A stretch of 64,000 nt of DNA. Source: a virus. Taxonomy: Duplodnaviria; Caudoviricetes. The translations under genes were made by a program, and so were the position numbers. The first letter of the stretch is position 1. Each line of letters opens with the position of its first letter. The notes beneath the pieces are model-generated. The model did no database searches. It saw nothing but the letters and a program-made list of their open reading frames with translations, and had not been told where the DNA came from. The stretch lies in the IMG/VR virus record IMGVR_UViG_3300037504_000149, one strand, 5' to 3'. Positions 9,861-19,088 of this stretch are shown here, piece by piece.

Positions 9861-10109
9861 ATGTGGTGGTTGACTATTGTTATTTCGGTAGTAGTGGTAG
9901 GAGTTTGGTGTATGTTGTATGCCTACCATAATAAAACTTCTCCAGAGGAACGCTTGGAAAAGATAAAAACAAAAGAGCTGCGTCGTTGCAGGAGATTACA
10001 GAGAAAGTATCTTAGGGAGATCGACGGGAGCTGGGGCAGCTCCGGGATGAAAGTGTTTAATTTTTACGATAGTCTTGAGGAGTGGTTGAAAAACCCCGAG
10101 GAAGAATAA
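9861..10109 (+). CDS. small membrane-anchored protein
   Basis: N-terminal hydrophobic helix; AGGAGGT RBS. Confidence 0.65.
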   Translation: MWWLTIVISVVVVGVWCMLYAYHNKTSPEERLEKIKTKELRRCRRLQRKYLREIDGSWGSSGMKVFNFYDSLEEWLKNPEEE

Positions 10110-10453
10110 TGGAACGCAAGCAAGCTTATGAGCTTATCCAGAAACATGCCTTACGCGCTCATCGAGGTGAAGTTAACTTTCGTGAAGCTATTTTAAATGA
10201 CCCCGAAATAACCAAGCGTCTATCACGAGCTACGATTCTAAAATGCTTTGAGCTGAAACCAAAATACCTAGATTATATTTACAAACGAGTTGAGAGAGCA
10301 ACACGTAAATATGGTGTGTTTGTAAGAGGATGTTCAACACCTTACTTAGGAGGGAGATATAGGAGTGGAAAATCGTTAGGATGTAATAGGAGAGGAGAGT
10401 ATAGTGGAGGGAAGCAAATGAGAAGAAGACTAAGGAAGGAGGTAACAAGATGA
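10109..10453 (+). CDS. stand-alone adenylosuccinate lyase C-terminal-like domain with basic tail
   Basis: MERKQAYELIQKHALRAH...FREAILNDPEITKRLS...ILKCFE...LDYIYKRV resembles the PurB C-terminal helical domain. Confidence 0.6.
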   Translation: MERKQAYELIQKHALRAHRGEVNFREAILNDPEITKRLSRATILKCFELKPKYLDYIYKRVERATRKYGVFVRGCSTPYLGGRYRSGKSLGCNRRGEYSGGKQMRRRLRKEVTR

Positions 10454-10631
10454 GTCTTTGGATGGCGATTAAACCTATAGTGCTGGTTATTGTTGGCATC
10501 TGCCTAGGGAGTGCTTTGTATTACTTTACAATAGGTAGAAGGAAGTAGAGAGGGAGAGGATAACAGTAGGAACGCAATAGAATATTACCTTCAGGAGATC
10601 CTACCTTACACCAGATCTAAGGAGATAAAGA

Positions 10632-10994
10632 ATGAAGATTCCACAGTATTACAACAAAGATAAAAAGATTCTCGCTATCATCATGACGGAGAAAGTTCTA
10701 AAAAACGTAACGTCTCGTATGATACTTGGTTGTATTGCTGATGCTTGTATATTTCGGGGGTTAGAAGTGGACTGCCTAGAAATATGCTTTCCAATGCTTG
10801 AGGATAAACCCCAACCTGTACCTTGGCAGACTACCCCTTTGATGCTTCAGGATGTTGTAGCTCTTCTGACTCGTCATCTTAATCGTGTTCCGGGAGGGGT
10901 GGTGGTAAGGTTTATAGATAACCATCACATACTAGAAATAACTGAACGGTGGATTCACCTAGACGAAGAGGAAGATAAAGAAGTAGATGAATAA
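10632..10994 (+). CDS. hypothetical protein (paralogue of 35686-36024)
   Basis: IPQYY...LAIIMTE...MILGC...CFP shared. Confidence 0.7.
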   Translation: MKIPQYYNKDKKILAIIMTEKVLKNVTSRMILGCIADACIFRGLEVDCLEICFPMLEDKPQPVPWQTTPLMLQDVVALLTRHLNRVPGGVVVRFIDNHHILEITERWIHLDEEEDKEVDE

Positions 10995-11316
10995 TGAGGT
11001 ACTACCTTACGAAATTACATTAAACACAGAGGAAGGTAATGACTACTTAGCTAGTTTCCTAGACGAGCCTCTACAACCAGGAACGGAAGTTAGTATCCTC
11101 TTTGAGTTTGATACAGGGCGGTGTTCCTTTGACTTCTTTAATGGTACAAGCTCACCAGAAGGTTGGGATGATGATTGGGAAGGAGCACTCGATTGGTTAT
11201 CTAAGAATGGTTATGAGGATGAGGTGGCAGAAATAAATCGCCTAGCAGAAGAGTGGAATACTTTTAGTTATCAAAAGGAGAACTATGAAGGTAACAGTGA
11301 CAACCGAGCACGGTGA
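10987..11316 (+). CDS. acidic hypothetical protein
   Basis: 109 aa overlapping ORF. Confidence 0.6.
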   Translation: MNNEVLPYEITLNTEEGNDYLASFLDEPLQPGTEVSILFEFDTGRCSFDFFNGTSSPEGWDDDWEGALDWLSKNGYEDEVAEINRLAEEWNTFSYQKENYEGNSDNRAR

Positions 11317-11530
11317 GATGAGTGGACAGGATGCCGTAGATCAATTGCGTCGTGATGTTGTGGAGGCTCGTGAGGATTGGCGAGAAGCTGCACAGAGAGC
11401 GATAGACAAGCCTACGGATGAGGACTTCAGGTGCTGGGATACTGACCGTGAGGCGCATAGACTTTATGAGAGGTATAAAACTTGCTTACTCCAGTTCTGT
11501 GACGTTGAGCGGGCAGTAGGAGAAGAGTGA
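11285..11530 (+). CDS. hypothetical protein
   Basis: AAGGAG RBS, 81 aa. Confidence 0.6.
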   Translation: MKVTVTTEHGEMSGQDAVDQLRRDVVEAREDWREAAQRAIDKPTDEDFRCWDTDREAHRLYERYKTCLLQFCDVERAVGEE

Positions 11531-11566
11531 CTGGGAACCCTAAAGAGGAGGTAGGTATGAGGAGGG

Positions 11567-11884
11567 ATGGTTATAATGACAGATGAACTCTTAGATATGA
11601 TAGATGTGGTAAATGCTTACCGTCCTTGGACTATGGAATATATAGTTGAGGAGGGGTATATCCCAGGGTCCGAACCTACTTGTGTGTTAACTGTAGAGAA
11701 TGGTGAAAGAATTTACAAGCCAGCAAAAGGAGAATGTTCTATAGATTATGGAGAGCTTGTGTATATGGAATGCTTCCAGTCTAAAAAAGAAGCAATAGAT
11801 AGGCGCAAAGAACTAGAAAATAAATACAAGTTACGCTGGGCACATATCTATCGCACAGAGGCAGAATACGAGAATGGGAGATAA
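11567..11884 (+). CDS. hypothetical protein
   Basis: GGAGG RBS, 105 aa. Confidence 0.6.
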   Translation: MVIMTDELLDMIDVVNAYRPWTMEYIVEEGYIPGSEPTCVLTVENGERIYKPAKGECSIDYGELVYMECFQSKKEAIDRRKELENKYKLRWAHIYRTEAEYENGR

Positions 11885-12157
11885 GGAAGAAGTGAAGAGT
11901 AGGAGGGGGAGGCACGATAGTTATAAGAGATACAAGGGAGGGGAGGGAGTAGTTGTAGGAGAGACAGGAGGGACACAGGGGAGAGATGAGGTAGGGGAGG
12001 ATAGAGTTAGGAGGGAGTAGTTGTAGGAGGGGGAAAGCTATGATGATGGAGGGGAGGGAAGTTAGAGGGGACATAGAAGGAGTATAGCAGGAGTATAGAG
12101 GGGGGGGGATTGTACTGCCTTCTGCGTCCCCCCGAATATCTACCCCCCTCTACCTCT

Positions 12158-12336
12158 ATTTTAACATATTTTTTATTAAATGTCAAGTGTCATCTTGCTA
12201 TATTATTAAAATCGAATATAAAATAAAATATACATTTTTTTTATTATAACATATTATTTATTAAATGTCAAGTAAAATCTTTTATTTTTTTATTTTTATA
12301 ATCTTTTATTATAACATATTATTTATTAAATGTCAA
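12158..12336 (-). promoter_or_regulatory. three tandem leftward consensus sigma70 promoters
   Basis: Minus strand TTGACA-N17-TAAAAT (12186-12158) and TTGACA-N17-TATAAT (12271-12243, 12336-12308), each with a TGn extended -10. Confidence 0.85.
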
Positions 12337-12359
12337 GTAAAATCTTAATTTTTTATTTA

Positions 12360-14000
12360 TTTTTATTATTCATACTTCCCTATTTATAATAATAATATCC
12401 TTATTTATAAACTCCGTAACTCCCCTATTATCAATAAGTTATAACTGGCCCCTATCGCCACTCAAGGCATACCATACCACCCCTAGAACCGATCGGCGCT
12501 CTATGGCCCGTTATATCGATCCTGAGCGAAAATGCGTAAATACGCATATGGAGCCAATTGATATACTGTCTCAGTGTGCGCAACGTCACACCTTCCAATA
12601 AATATCGTGTATCAATAAGCCTACTTTGTGATAAAAGCCCTTGACAACACTAATCTTTTATGTTAGAATCACGTTATGAGGGGCAGTGTAGGGGTTTATA
12701 CATATACTACACTCCCCACTATTCATATACTCAATACTACAATTACAATAATGGGGAGGTGTATTCATATACTAACTAATCCTTCCCCTATATACAACAT
12801 TGAATAATAGTAATCTTAATTAGCATCGTCGCATATGTATCTTTATTCATATGCTCCACCAGACATTACCTGCTACCAGTCTATTTATAATATGAATATC
12901 AAAACTTATAATTAAGTATGTTAACACTATACTTAATTATACCATATTCGCCTATTCTAAAATGGATTTTACAGAATAATCTAATATGAATATAAGAAGA
13001 ACAGGGGGAGGGACCAGATAATTACAATATGAATATAAACAATTCCCCACTTAGGGGTCTCTATACAGGAAAAATCCCCACTGCTATATGATTATTCCTA
13101 TGTAGAGAGTCGCTCTTTCCCCACTTATTCATACTACCAGCATTCATAACATGAATAAATGCAGGTATAGCAAGGGTCTAGGGGGTGGGGAATAAATAAA
13201 AGTGATATAAACCTTGTACCAATAGGGTTTTATAGTGATATAAACCCTTGCCGCACTAAGGTTTATAGTGATATAAACCTTGACACAAAAGAAGTTTTAT
13301 GTTAGAATCACGTTATGAGGGGGAGTGTAGGGGGAGTATATATAACTATATACGTATAATCGAATATCCAGAATAAAAAAAAACCCCCGGCGATAACACC
13401 GGGGGAAGGGGGCGGCTATGCGTCGTCAAGAGCACCGCGAGCAGACCAGACGGCCTGGGCGGCCCGAACTATGGCACTGCGGGCGGCGGCGGCAGGGTCG
13501 CTGGTGAGGTGTTTGAGGGCGTCAAGGGTGTTGTATGCATCGCAAATGTCGTTGATAGCGGAAGTGAGGGCGGCGGCGGCGCGGGCAGTGTTTCTCATGA
13601 TCTTCTCCCTTCTGCCCCGGTGGGGCGGTTGTTGATTGTTGTGAGACAAGTATACCATATAAACTAGAGGATTGTCAAGGGTAAAATTAAATAAAATAGT
13701 ACTTGACTTTAAGGGAGTTTTATGTTATCATCATGTTATGAGGGGGAGTGTAGGGGGAAGGGAGCGGGAGACGTTGAATAGTTACAATATGAATGGGGGA
13801 GTAGAGGGGAGCGGGAGATGTTGAGAGGATGTTGAATAGTTAGAATATGAATAGGGAGGAAGAAGGGGGGGTGATTATTCATATTAAGATCATTCTGAGA
13901 TTTTGCAGGGTATTTATATTATTGATATACCGTACAATCCCCCAATATACGCGCACAAAATTTTGCAACCCCCAATTTTAATTATTCATAATAATTATAT
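12360..14000. other. non-coding hub with IHF site and iteron-like repeats (candidate origin or terminus region)
   Basis: IHF consensus TATCAATAAGTTA at 12429-12441; about 12 copies of TATTCATA/TATGAAT; AGTGATATAAACC x3 at 13201-13280. Confidence 0.45.
13416..13598 (-). CDS. small Ala-rich helical protein in an inverted expression cassette
   Basis: Minus strand TTGACA (13678-13673), GCCCC hairpin, AGGGAG RBS, ATG at 13598; terminator at about 13375-13405. Confidence 0.7.
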   Translation of the reverse strand: MRNTARAAAALTSAINDICDAYNTLDALKHLTSDPAAAARSAIVRAAQAVWSARGALDDA

Positions 14001-14209
14001 TCTACCCCCCCCCTGCTCCTTCCCCTGCTCCCGTATTCCTCGCGCTATTATAATTCTACATACCTACCATAAAAGAGTTTAACATAAAACTTCCCTGAAG
14101 TCAATACCTATTTTATTCCATTTTATCCTTGACAAGTTTTCAATCCATATGGTATACTGCCTTCAGAAGATAAAAACGCCCCGGAGGGGGCATAACCTGG
14201 AAGGGAACG

Positions 14210-14410
14210 ATGGATAAGGAAAACTTTGATGTATTTTATGCGGCGGCGCAAGCTGTAGCAACACTTAAATCAGCTCGTGCCATTGCCTGTGTCGTTGACG
14301 CTGCTGTCCGTACAAAAGAAACACGGACAGCGCTGAATAAAATCTGTGATGCGCTGAAAACGATGGAATCGGTGCGAAACAGTAACCTAGAAACAATATA
14401 TTCTCGCTAA
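14210..14410 (+). CDS. cassette cargo, small helical protein
   Basis: Own promoter (TTGACA 14129), RBS and terminator. Confidence 0.75.
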   Translation: MDKENFDVFYAAAQAVATLKSARAIACVVDAAVRTKETRTALNKICDALKTMESVRNSNLETIYSR

Positions 14411-14422
14411 ACATACTACACC

Positions 14423-14450
14423 GCCCCGCTGGAATCCAGCGGGGCTTTTC
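14423..14450 (+). terminator. Rho-independent terminator (representative copy of the module)
   Basis: 10 bp stem GCCCCGCTGG/CCAGCGGGGC followed by a T-tract. Confidence 0.9.
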
Positions 14451-14655
14451 TTTATCCTGGATATTCGATTATTCTTATATCCTATTTTATATATTCCCCT
14501 TAGTCTTCCCCTTCAAACATAATGCTAACATAAAACTTACCTGAAGTCAATACCTATTTTATTCAATTTTATCCTTGACAATCTAGGAACTAGTATGATA
14601 TAATAGCTTTACAAGATTAGAAACGCCCGCAAGGCGGGCATAACAGGGAGGATAT

Positions 14656-14838
14656 ATGGAACGGACAACCTATATTGTTATCGGCGGCCAGCAGGTCGGC
14701 ATCACTGGCAACCCCAACGATGACCCGCTGTCCGCCCCGGCGGCCAAGGCGGCGCTGAAGGACTATCGCGCCCGCACCGGCCGGACCGCTGTCCCTATCC
14801 GGCTGGCCAATGGGACGGTATTCTCACGGGGATTCTAG
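14656..14838 (+). CDS. cassette cargo, hypothetical 60 aa
   Basis: Own promoter (14575), GGGAGG RBS and terminator. Confidence 0.75.
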   Translation: MERTTYIVIGGQQVGITGNPNDDPLSAPAAKAALKDYRARTGRTAVPIRLANGTVFSRGF

Positions 14839-15076
14839 GTTATTACGCCCCGCTGGAATCCAGCGGGGCTTTTCTATACCTTGTATATTCGATTATTCTT
14901 ATATCCTAATATATTCCCCTTAGTCTCCCCCTTCAAACATAATGCTAACATAAAACTTCCCTGAAGTCAAGACCTATTTTATTCCATTTTATACTTGACA
15001 ATCTAGGAATCCATATGGTATACTACTTTCAGAAGATGAAAACGCCCCGGAGGGGCAAAACTAGGGAGGGGAAAGA

Positions 15077-15328
15077 ATGGAGTATTTATTGCGTCTGACC
15101 CGCGCCCGATATAATGATATACCGATAGATAACATCGGGCAAGCTACGCGAATAAAGGTCAAGAGTATACAAGCCGCTAAGATAGCGGCAACAAGATGGG
15201 CGGAGCAAGTGGCAACACCAAACAAGCCCTATTGTGTCGTTATCTACACAATCGAGGGTACACCTATAATAAGAAAACACAGCTTTACTAAGAAATGGGC
15301 GAAAGCGGGAGAATTCTACTGTACCTAG
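15077..15328 (+). CDS. cassette cargo, basic hypothetical protein
   Basis: Own promoter (14995), RBS and terminator. Confidence 0.75.
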   Translation: MEYLLRLTRARYNDIPIDNIGQATRIKVKSIQAAKIAATRWAEQVATPNKPYCVVIYTIEGTPIIRKHSFTKKWAKAGEFYCT

Positions 15329-15563
15329 CATTTACCCCCGCTGGATTCCAGCGGGGCTTTTCTTTATCCTGGATATTCGATTATTCTTATATCCTAATAT
15401 ATTCCCCTTACTCTCCCCTTCAAACATAATGCTAACATAAAACTTCCCTGAAGTCAAGACCTATTTTATTCCATTTTATACTTGACACTCTAGGAACTAG
15501 TATGGTATACTACCTTCAGAAGATGAAAAGCCCGCATAGCGGGCATAACAGGAAGGGAAACGG

Positions 15564-15896
15564 ATGATTTACGAAGTTATTACTCGCGATGAACTCTATC
15601 ACCGTCTGAAGGGGTATAACGACGTATTCTCGTATGAGGGGGCTCGGATAATATACGATTATATTACCGAACTCGGCGATACGGAGCTAGACGTTCCCGA
15701 CATTCACGGCGGGTTTACGGAGTATTCCGATGCTGAGGAAGCGGCAGAGGACATTCTCCCCCCTGATGAGGTCGAGGAAATGCGGAAAGAATTCGCGGAA
15801 TTCCCCGGCCTTGATGATGAATGCTGGAAGGCGCTGGAGCGGGCCGGTGAAACAGTGCTGGGCTCGGCGTCCGGGCCTGTCATTATCGCGGAATAG
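15564..15896 (+). CDS. cassette cargo, acidic phage hypothetical protein
   Basis: FSYEG..I.DY..E....ELDV motif familiar from phage proteins; own promoter (15482). Confidence 0.75.
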   Translation: MIYEVITRDELYHRLKGYNDVFSYEGARIIYDYITELGDTELDVPDIHGGFTEYSDAEEAAEDILPPDEVEEMRKEFAEFPGLDDECWKALERAGETVLGSASGPVIIAE

Positions 15897-16130
15897 TTTT
15901 ATCGCCCCGCTGGTATTCCAGCGGGGCTTTTCTATACCTTGTATATTCGATTATTCTTATATATATTCCCCTTACACTTCCCCTTCAAACATAATGCTAA
16001 CATAAAAGTTCCCTGAAGTCAATACCTATTTTATTTAATTTTACACTTGACAATCATTTAATCCGTATGATATAATACCTTTACAAGATTGAAACGCCCC
16101 TACAGGGGCATAACAGGAAAGGGAAGGAAT

Positions 16131-16568
16131 ATGATTTACACCAATCTTGATGAAGCACGCGCCGCGAAGGCGGCGAGCGTAGCAAAGGCGCGAGAGCTGG
16201 AGTCCCGCGCTATCGAAGGTGAGGGGCCTACTTCCACCGAAGCCGAAGAAGTCAGGCATGAACGGTGGATCAAGGAAAACACCCTGGTTGTTACCAGGCA
16301 CGCAGGCCTGGTCGACTACATCAAAGAAGAGTTCATTTATCCCGCGTACCTGGCATCAGACGTGGTATTCTCTCACGTTGAGCAAAAGGACGTGGAGGGG
16401 AAGCACGTGGTTGGCATTTTGCCGCTCCACCTGGCCGCATTGGCAGATAAGGTGACGGTCATCCCCCTGAACCTGACCCCGGCGGATCGAGGTCAGGAAC
16501 TTTCCGCCGAACGGGTGCGGGAAGTGGCCGGTGACCCGGTAACCTACCGGGTCGAGCAGGTGAATTAG
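16131..16568 (+). CDS. Csx16-like protein (putative cyclic oligoadenylate ring nuclease)
   Basis: TLVVTRHAG...HV...VVGILPLHLAA...LNLTPADRGQELSAE..R...YRVE matches the Csx16 (VVA1548) pattern. Confidence 0.72.
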   Translation: MIYTNLDEARAAKAASVAKARELESRAIEGEGPTSTEAEEVRHERWIKENTLVVTRHAGLVDYIKEEFIYPAYLASDVVFSHVEQKDVEGKHVVGILPLHLAALADKVTVIPLNLTPADRGQELSAERVREVAGDPVTYRVEQVN

Positions 16569-16903
16569 CTCTCACTGCCCCGCTGGATTCCAGCGGGGCT
16601 TTTCTATACCTTGTATATTCGATTATTCTTATATCCTATTATATATATATATTACCCTAGTCTCCCCCTTCAAACATAATGCTAACATAAAACTTCCCTG
16701 AAGTCAAGAACTATTTTAATGTATCTAAAACAAGGCAGCACAAGGGTATATTTTAGTCGCCCGTAGAAGTGATATAACGGGCCGTAGATGGCCGTAAAGG
16801 GTGGCAGAGTGGTATAGTATACTTATCTATTGAACGGCCTTAAAATCGCCCTACGGGCATTATATGGAATATCAGGAAAGTTTAATATAGATAAAGTTTT
16901 CTC

Positions 16904-17140
16904 TTGACAGGGAGCAAAGGTTATGATATACTTCCCCCGTAAGATTGAGAAATAGATACCTGAAACGCCCCCCAGAGGGGGCATAAAGGAAAGGGGAATA
17001 AATGAAGGGTTGACAGCGATGGGGAAGTATGATATACTTCCCCCGTAAGATTGAAGATGTAGTAAACGCCCCTACGGGGCACAAAGGAAAGGGGCTAAAA
17101 TTAGGGGTTGACAAGGGTGGGGAAGTATGATATAATCCCC
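16904..17140 (+). promoter_or_regulatory. three stacked promoter/hairpin/RBS heads, the first two without cargo
   Basis: TTGACA at 16904, 17009 and 17108; the first head's RBS leads only to ATG AAG GGT TGA. Confidence 0.8.
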
Positions 17141-17569
17141 TTGATGAGCGTTACCTATAACACAGTATCATTTATTCACTAGAGTTAACAAGGGAGGGAG
17201 GCGCAGGATGAAACACTATCAGCGTAACATCCTGCTGGAACCCGGTTAAATCATCGGGGCGGAAAGTAAGTCGGCCCCGCCCCGGCTTTCCCGGGCCTTA
17301 ACATGGGATACACCGTAGACCTATTGTGATCAACGGTAAATCCGTTGTGACGCTCCCCCGGTCCCTAAACTATGGGGACCGGGGATTTTAGTATAGTTAG
17401 TTTATATTATAAGACTGCCGGACTGCCCACAAAAGAGTTTAACATAAAAGTTACCTGAAGTCAATACCTATTTTATTTAATTTTACGCTTGACATTCTAG
17501 GAACTAGTATGATATAATAGCTTTACAAGATTAAAACGCCCCGGAACGGGGCATAACAGGGAGGGAACG

Positions 17570-17782
17570 GTGTTTCACTTAAAATTCTACGACGGGACGA
17601 CCGGGAGTGCCGGTTGTTACGGGAGTTTTGATACGCTCGCCGACGCTATGGCTGAGTGTGATACCGTCCCCGGTTGCTCCGGGGAGTCAGGGTATGAGTC
17701 ATCCTCGTTGTATATCGAGGATGACACAGGAGAAGTTGTCGCATCCCTAGGCGCATATTGCGCCGGTTGGGTTGTGGGCTAG
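17570..17782 (+). CDS. cassette cargo, acidic hypothetical protein
   Basis: Promoter 17489, AGGAGG RBS, GTG start and terminator. Confidence 0.7.
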   Translation: MFHLKFYDGTTGSAGCYGSFDTLADAMAECDTVPGCSGESGYESSSLYIEDDTGEVVASLGAYCAGWVVG

Positions 17783-17967
17783 ATTTACGGCCCCGCTGAT
17801 ATTCTCAGCGGGGCTTTTCTTTTACCTTGTATATTCGATTATTCTTATATATATCCCCTTACTCTCCCCCTTCAAACATAATGATAACATAAAACTTTCC
17901 TGAAGTCAACCCCTAAATTTCCCTATTAAATCCTTGACATCTATCTGCTGTTTTGATACAATACTCG

Positions 17968-18140
17968 TCGAGGTGGCAGCCGCAGTAGGCGCAGGGAAGT
18001 TGAGACCCCTAGACGTAGGACTCCGGTCCCTGTATCCCCGCCGATCACGGGGTGCATGCGGGTGTCGGGATTGTCCGGGCAATCCCCAATCCCGCCCACC
18101 TTACATGAAACGGCCCCCGCTGGATTCCAGCGGGGCTTTT
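17968..18140 (+). ncRNA. candidate small structured RNA carried as cassette cargo
   Basis: TTGACA-N17-TACAAT at 17934, no RBS or credible ORF, GC stems (GCAGGGA/TCCCTGT, CCCCG/CGGGG, CGGGATTG/CAATCCCG), then the module terminator. Confidence 0.5.
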
Positions 18141-18348
18141 CTTTTACCTTGTATATTCGATTATTCTTATATCCTAATATATTCCCCTTAGTCTCCCCCT
18201 TCAAACATAATGCTAACATAAAAGTTACCTGAAGTCAATACCTATTTTATTCAATTTTATACTTGACAAGCTATAAACTAGTATGATATACTATCCCCAC
18301 AAGATTAGAAACGCCCCCGGAGGGGGCATAACAAAGGAAGGGGAAGAA

Positions 18349-18861
18349 ATGGGCTGGGATGGTAGGTATATGGATAACACTGTGAAAGCCCGTCAACGAG
18401 TGATGATGGAGACTGTCGGACTGATAGACTTGTCGGTCCGGGGCAATGAAGGGTACGCTGCAGTGAAACATCCCGATATGGAGGCCGTGTTTTGTATGAT
18501 CTTCATTTTCCGGTATTCTGAAGGGGAATTGTGTACAAAGACCTGTACGGAGCTTGACGGCCCGTTTTGTTGGAATTGCCCGCAACGTATTATGAAACAG
18601 CTCACTGCGCCGCTGAACGAGCGGGCGGCGGATTGGCGCGATGCTTGTCGGCTCGCTGCGAAGTTGCGCAAAGCGCGTTATGTTTATCTGGAGCGGTCGC
18701 CGCATGGCACTGACATACGCTTAGTGGAAAAGGTGGCGAATGCTCGGAGTGTTTACCGTGAGATGTATACCGGTGAACTATGGCGGCTGCGCGTTAACAC
18801 TATGATGCACTACGGCGCTCGTCCAGTGGATAAGGACGAAGCCGAGGCGATGTTACGTTAG
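18349..18861 (+). CDS. DUF6927-like mobile-element protein
   Basis: E.DGPFCWNCPQRIMKQLT...AADWRDAC motif. Confidence 0.6.
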   Translation: MGWDGRYMDNTVKARQRVMMETVGLIDLSVRGNEGYAAVKHPDMEAVFCMIFIFRYSEGELCTKTCTELDGPFCWNCPQRIMKQLTAPLNERAADWRDACRLAAKLRKARYVYLERSPHGTDIRLVEKVANARSVYREMYTGELWRLRVNTMMHYGARPVDKDEAEAMLR

Positions 18862-19088
18862 ATTTACCGCCCCGCTGGAATCCAGCGGGGCTTTTCTTTA
18901 TCCTTTATATTCAATTATTCTTATATATATATTCCCCTTAGTCTTCCCCTTCAAACATAATGCTAACATAAAACTTCCCTGAAGTCAATACCTATTTTAT
19001 CCAATTTTACACTTGACAAGCTATAAACTAGTATGATATAATAGCTTTACAAGATTGATAGCAGTTAACATTAAAAGGGGAGGGCTCC

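Larger units (their letters stand above)
14075..19088 (+). repeat. ~200 bp intergenic module repeated 8 times in full plus partial copies (terminator + back-to-back promoters + 5' hairpin + RBS)
   Basis: Copies start at about 14423, 14847, 15335, 15904, 16577, 17790, 18114 and 18869 with GCCCCGCTGGAWTCCAGCGGGGCTTTT...TATTCGATTATTCTTATAT...CTTCAAACATAATGCTAACATAAAACTTCCCTGAAGTCAA...TTGACA. Confidence 0.95.

Noticed and set aside
14423-19088. Integron or CRISPR interpretation of the ~200 bp repeats
   Set aside because: No integrase and no attC GTTRRRY/RYYYAAC architecture; the units are promoter/terminator modules separated by whole genes
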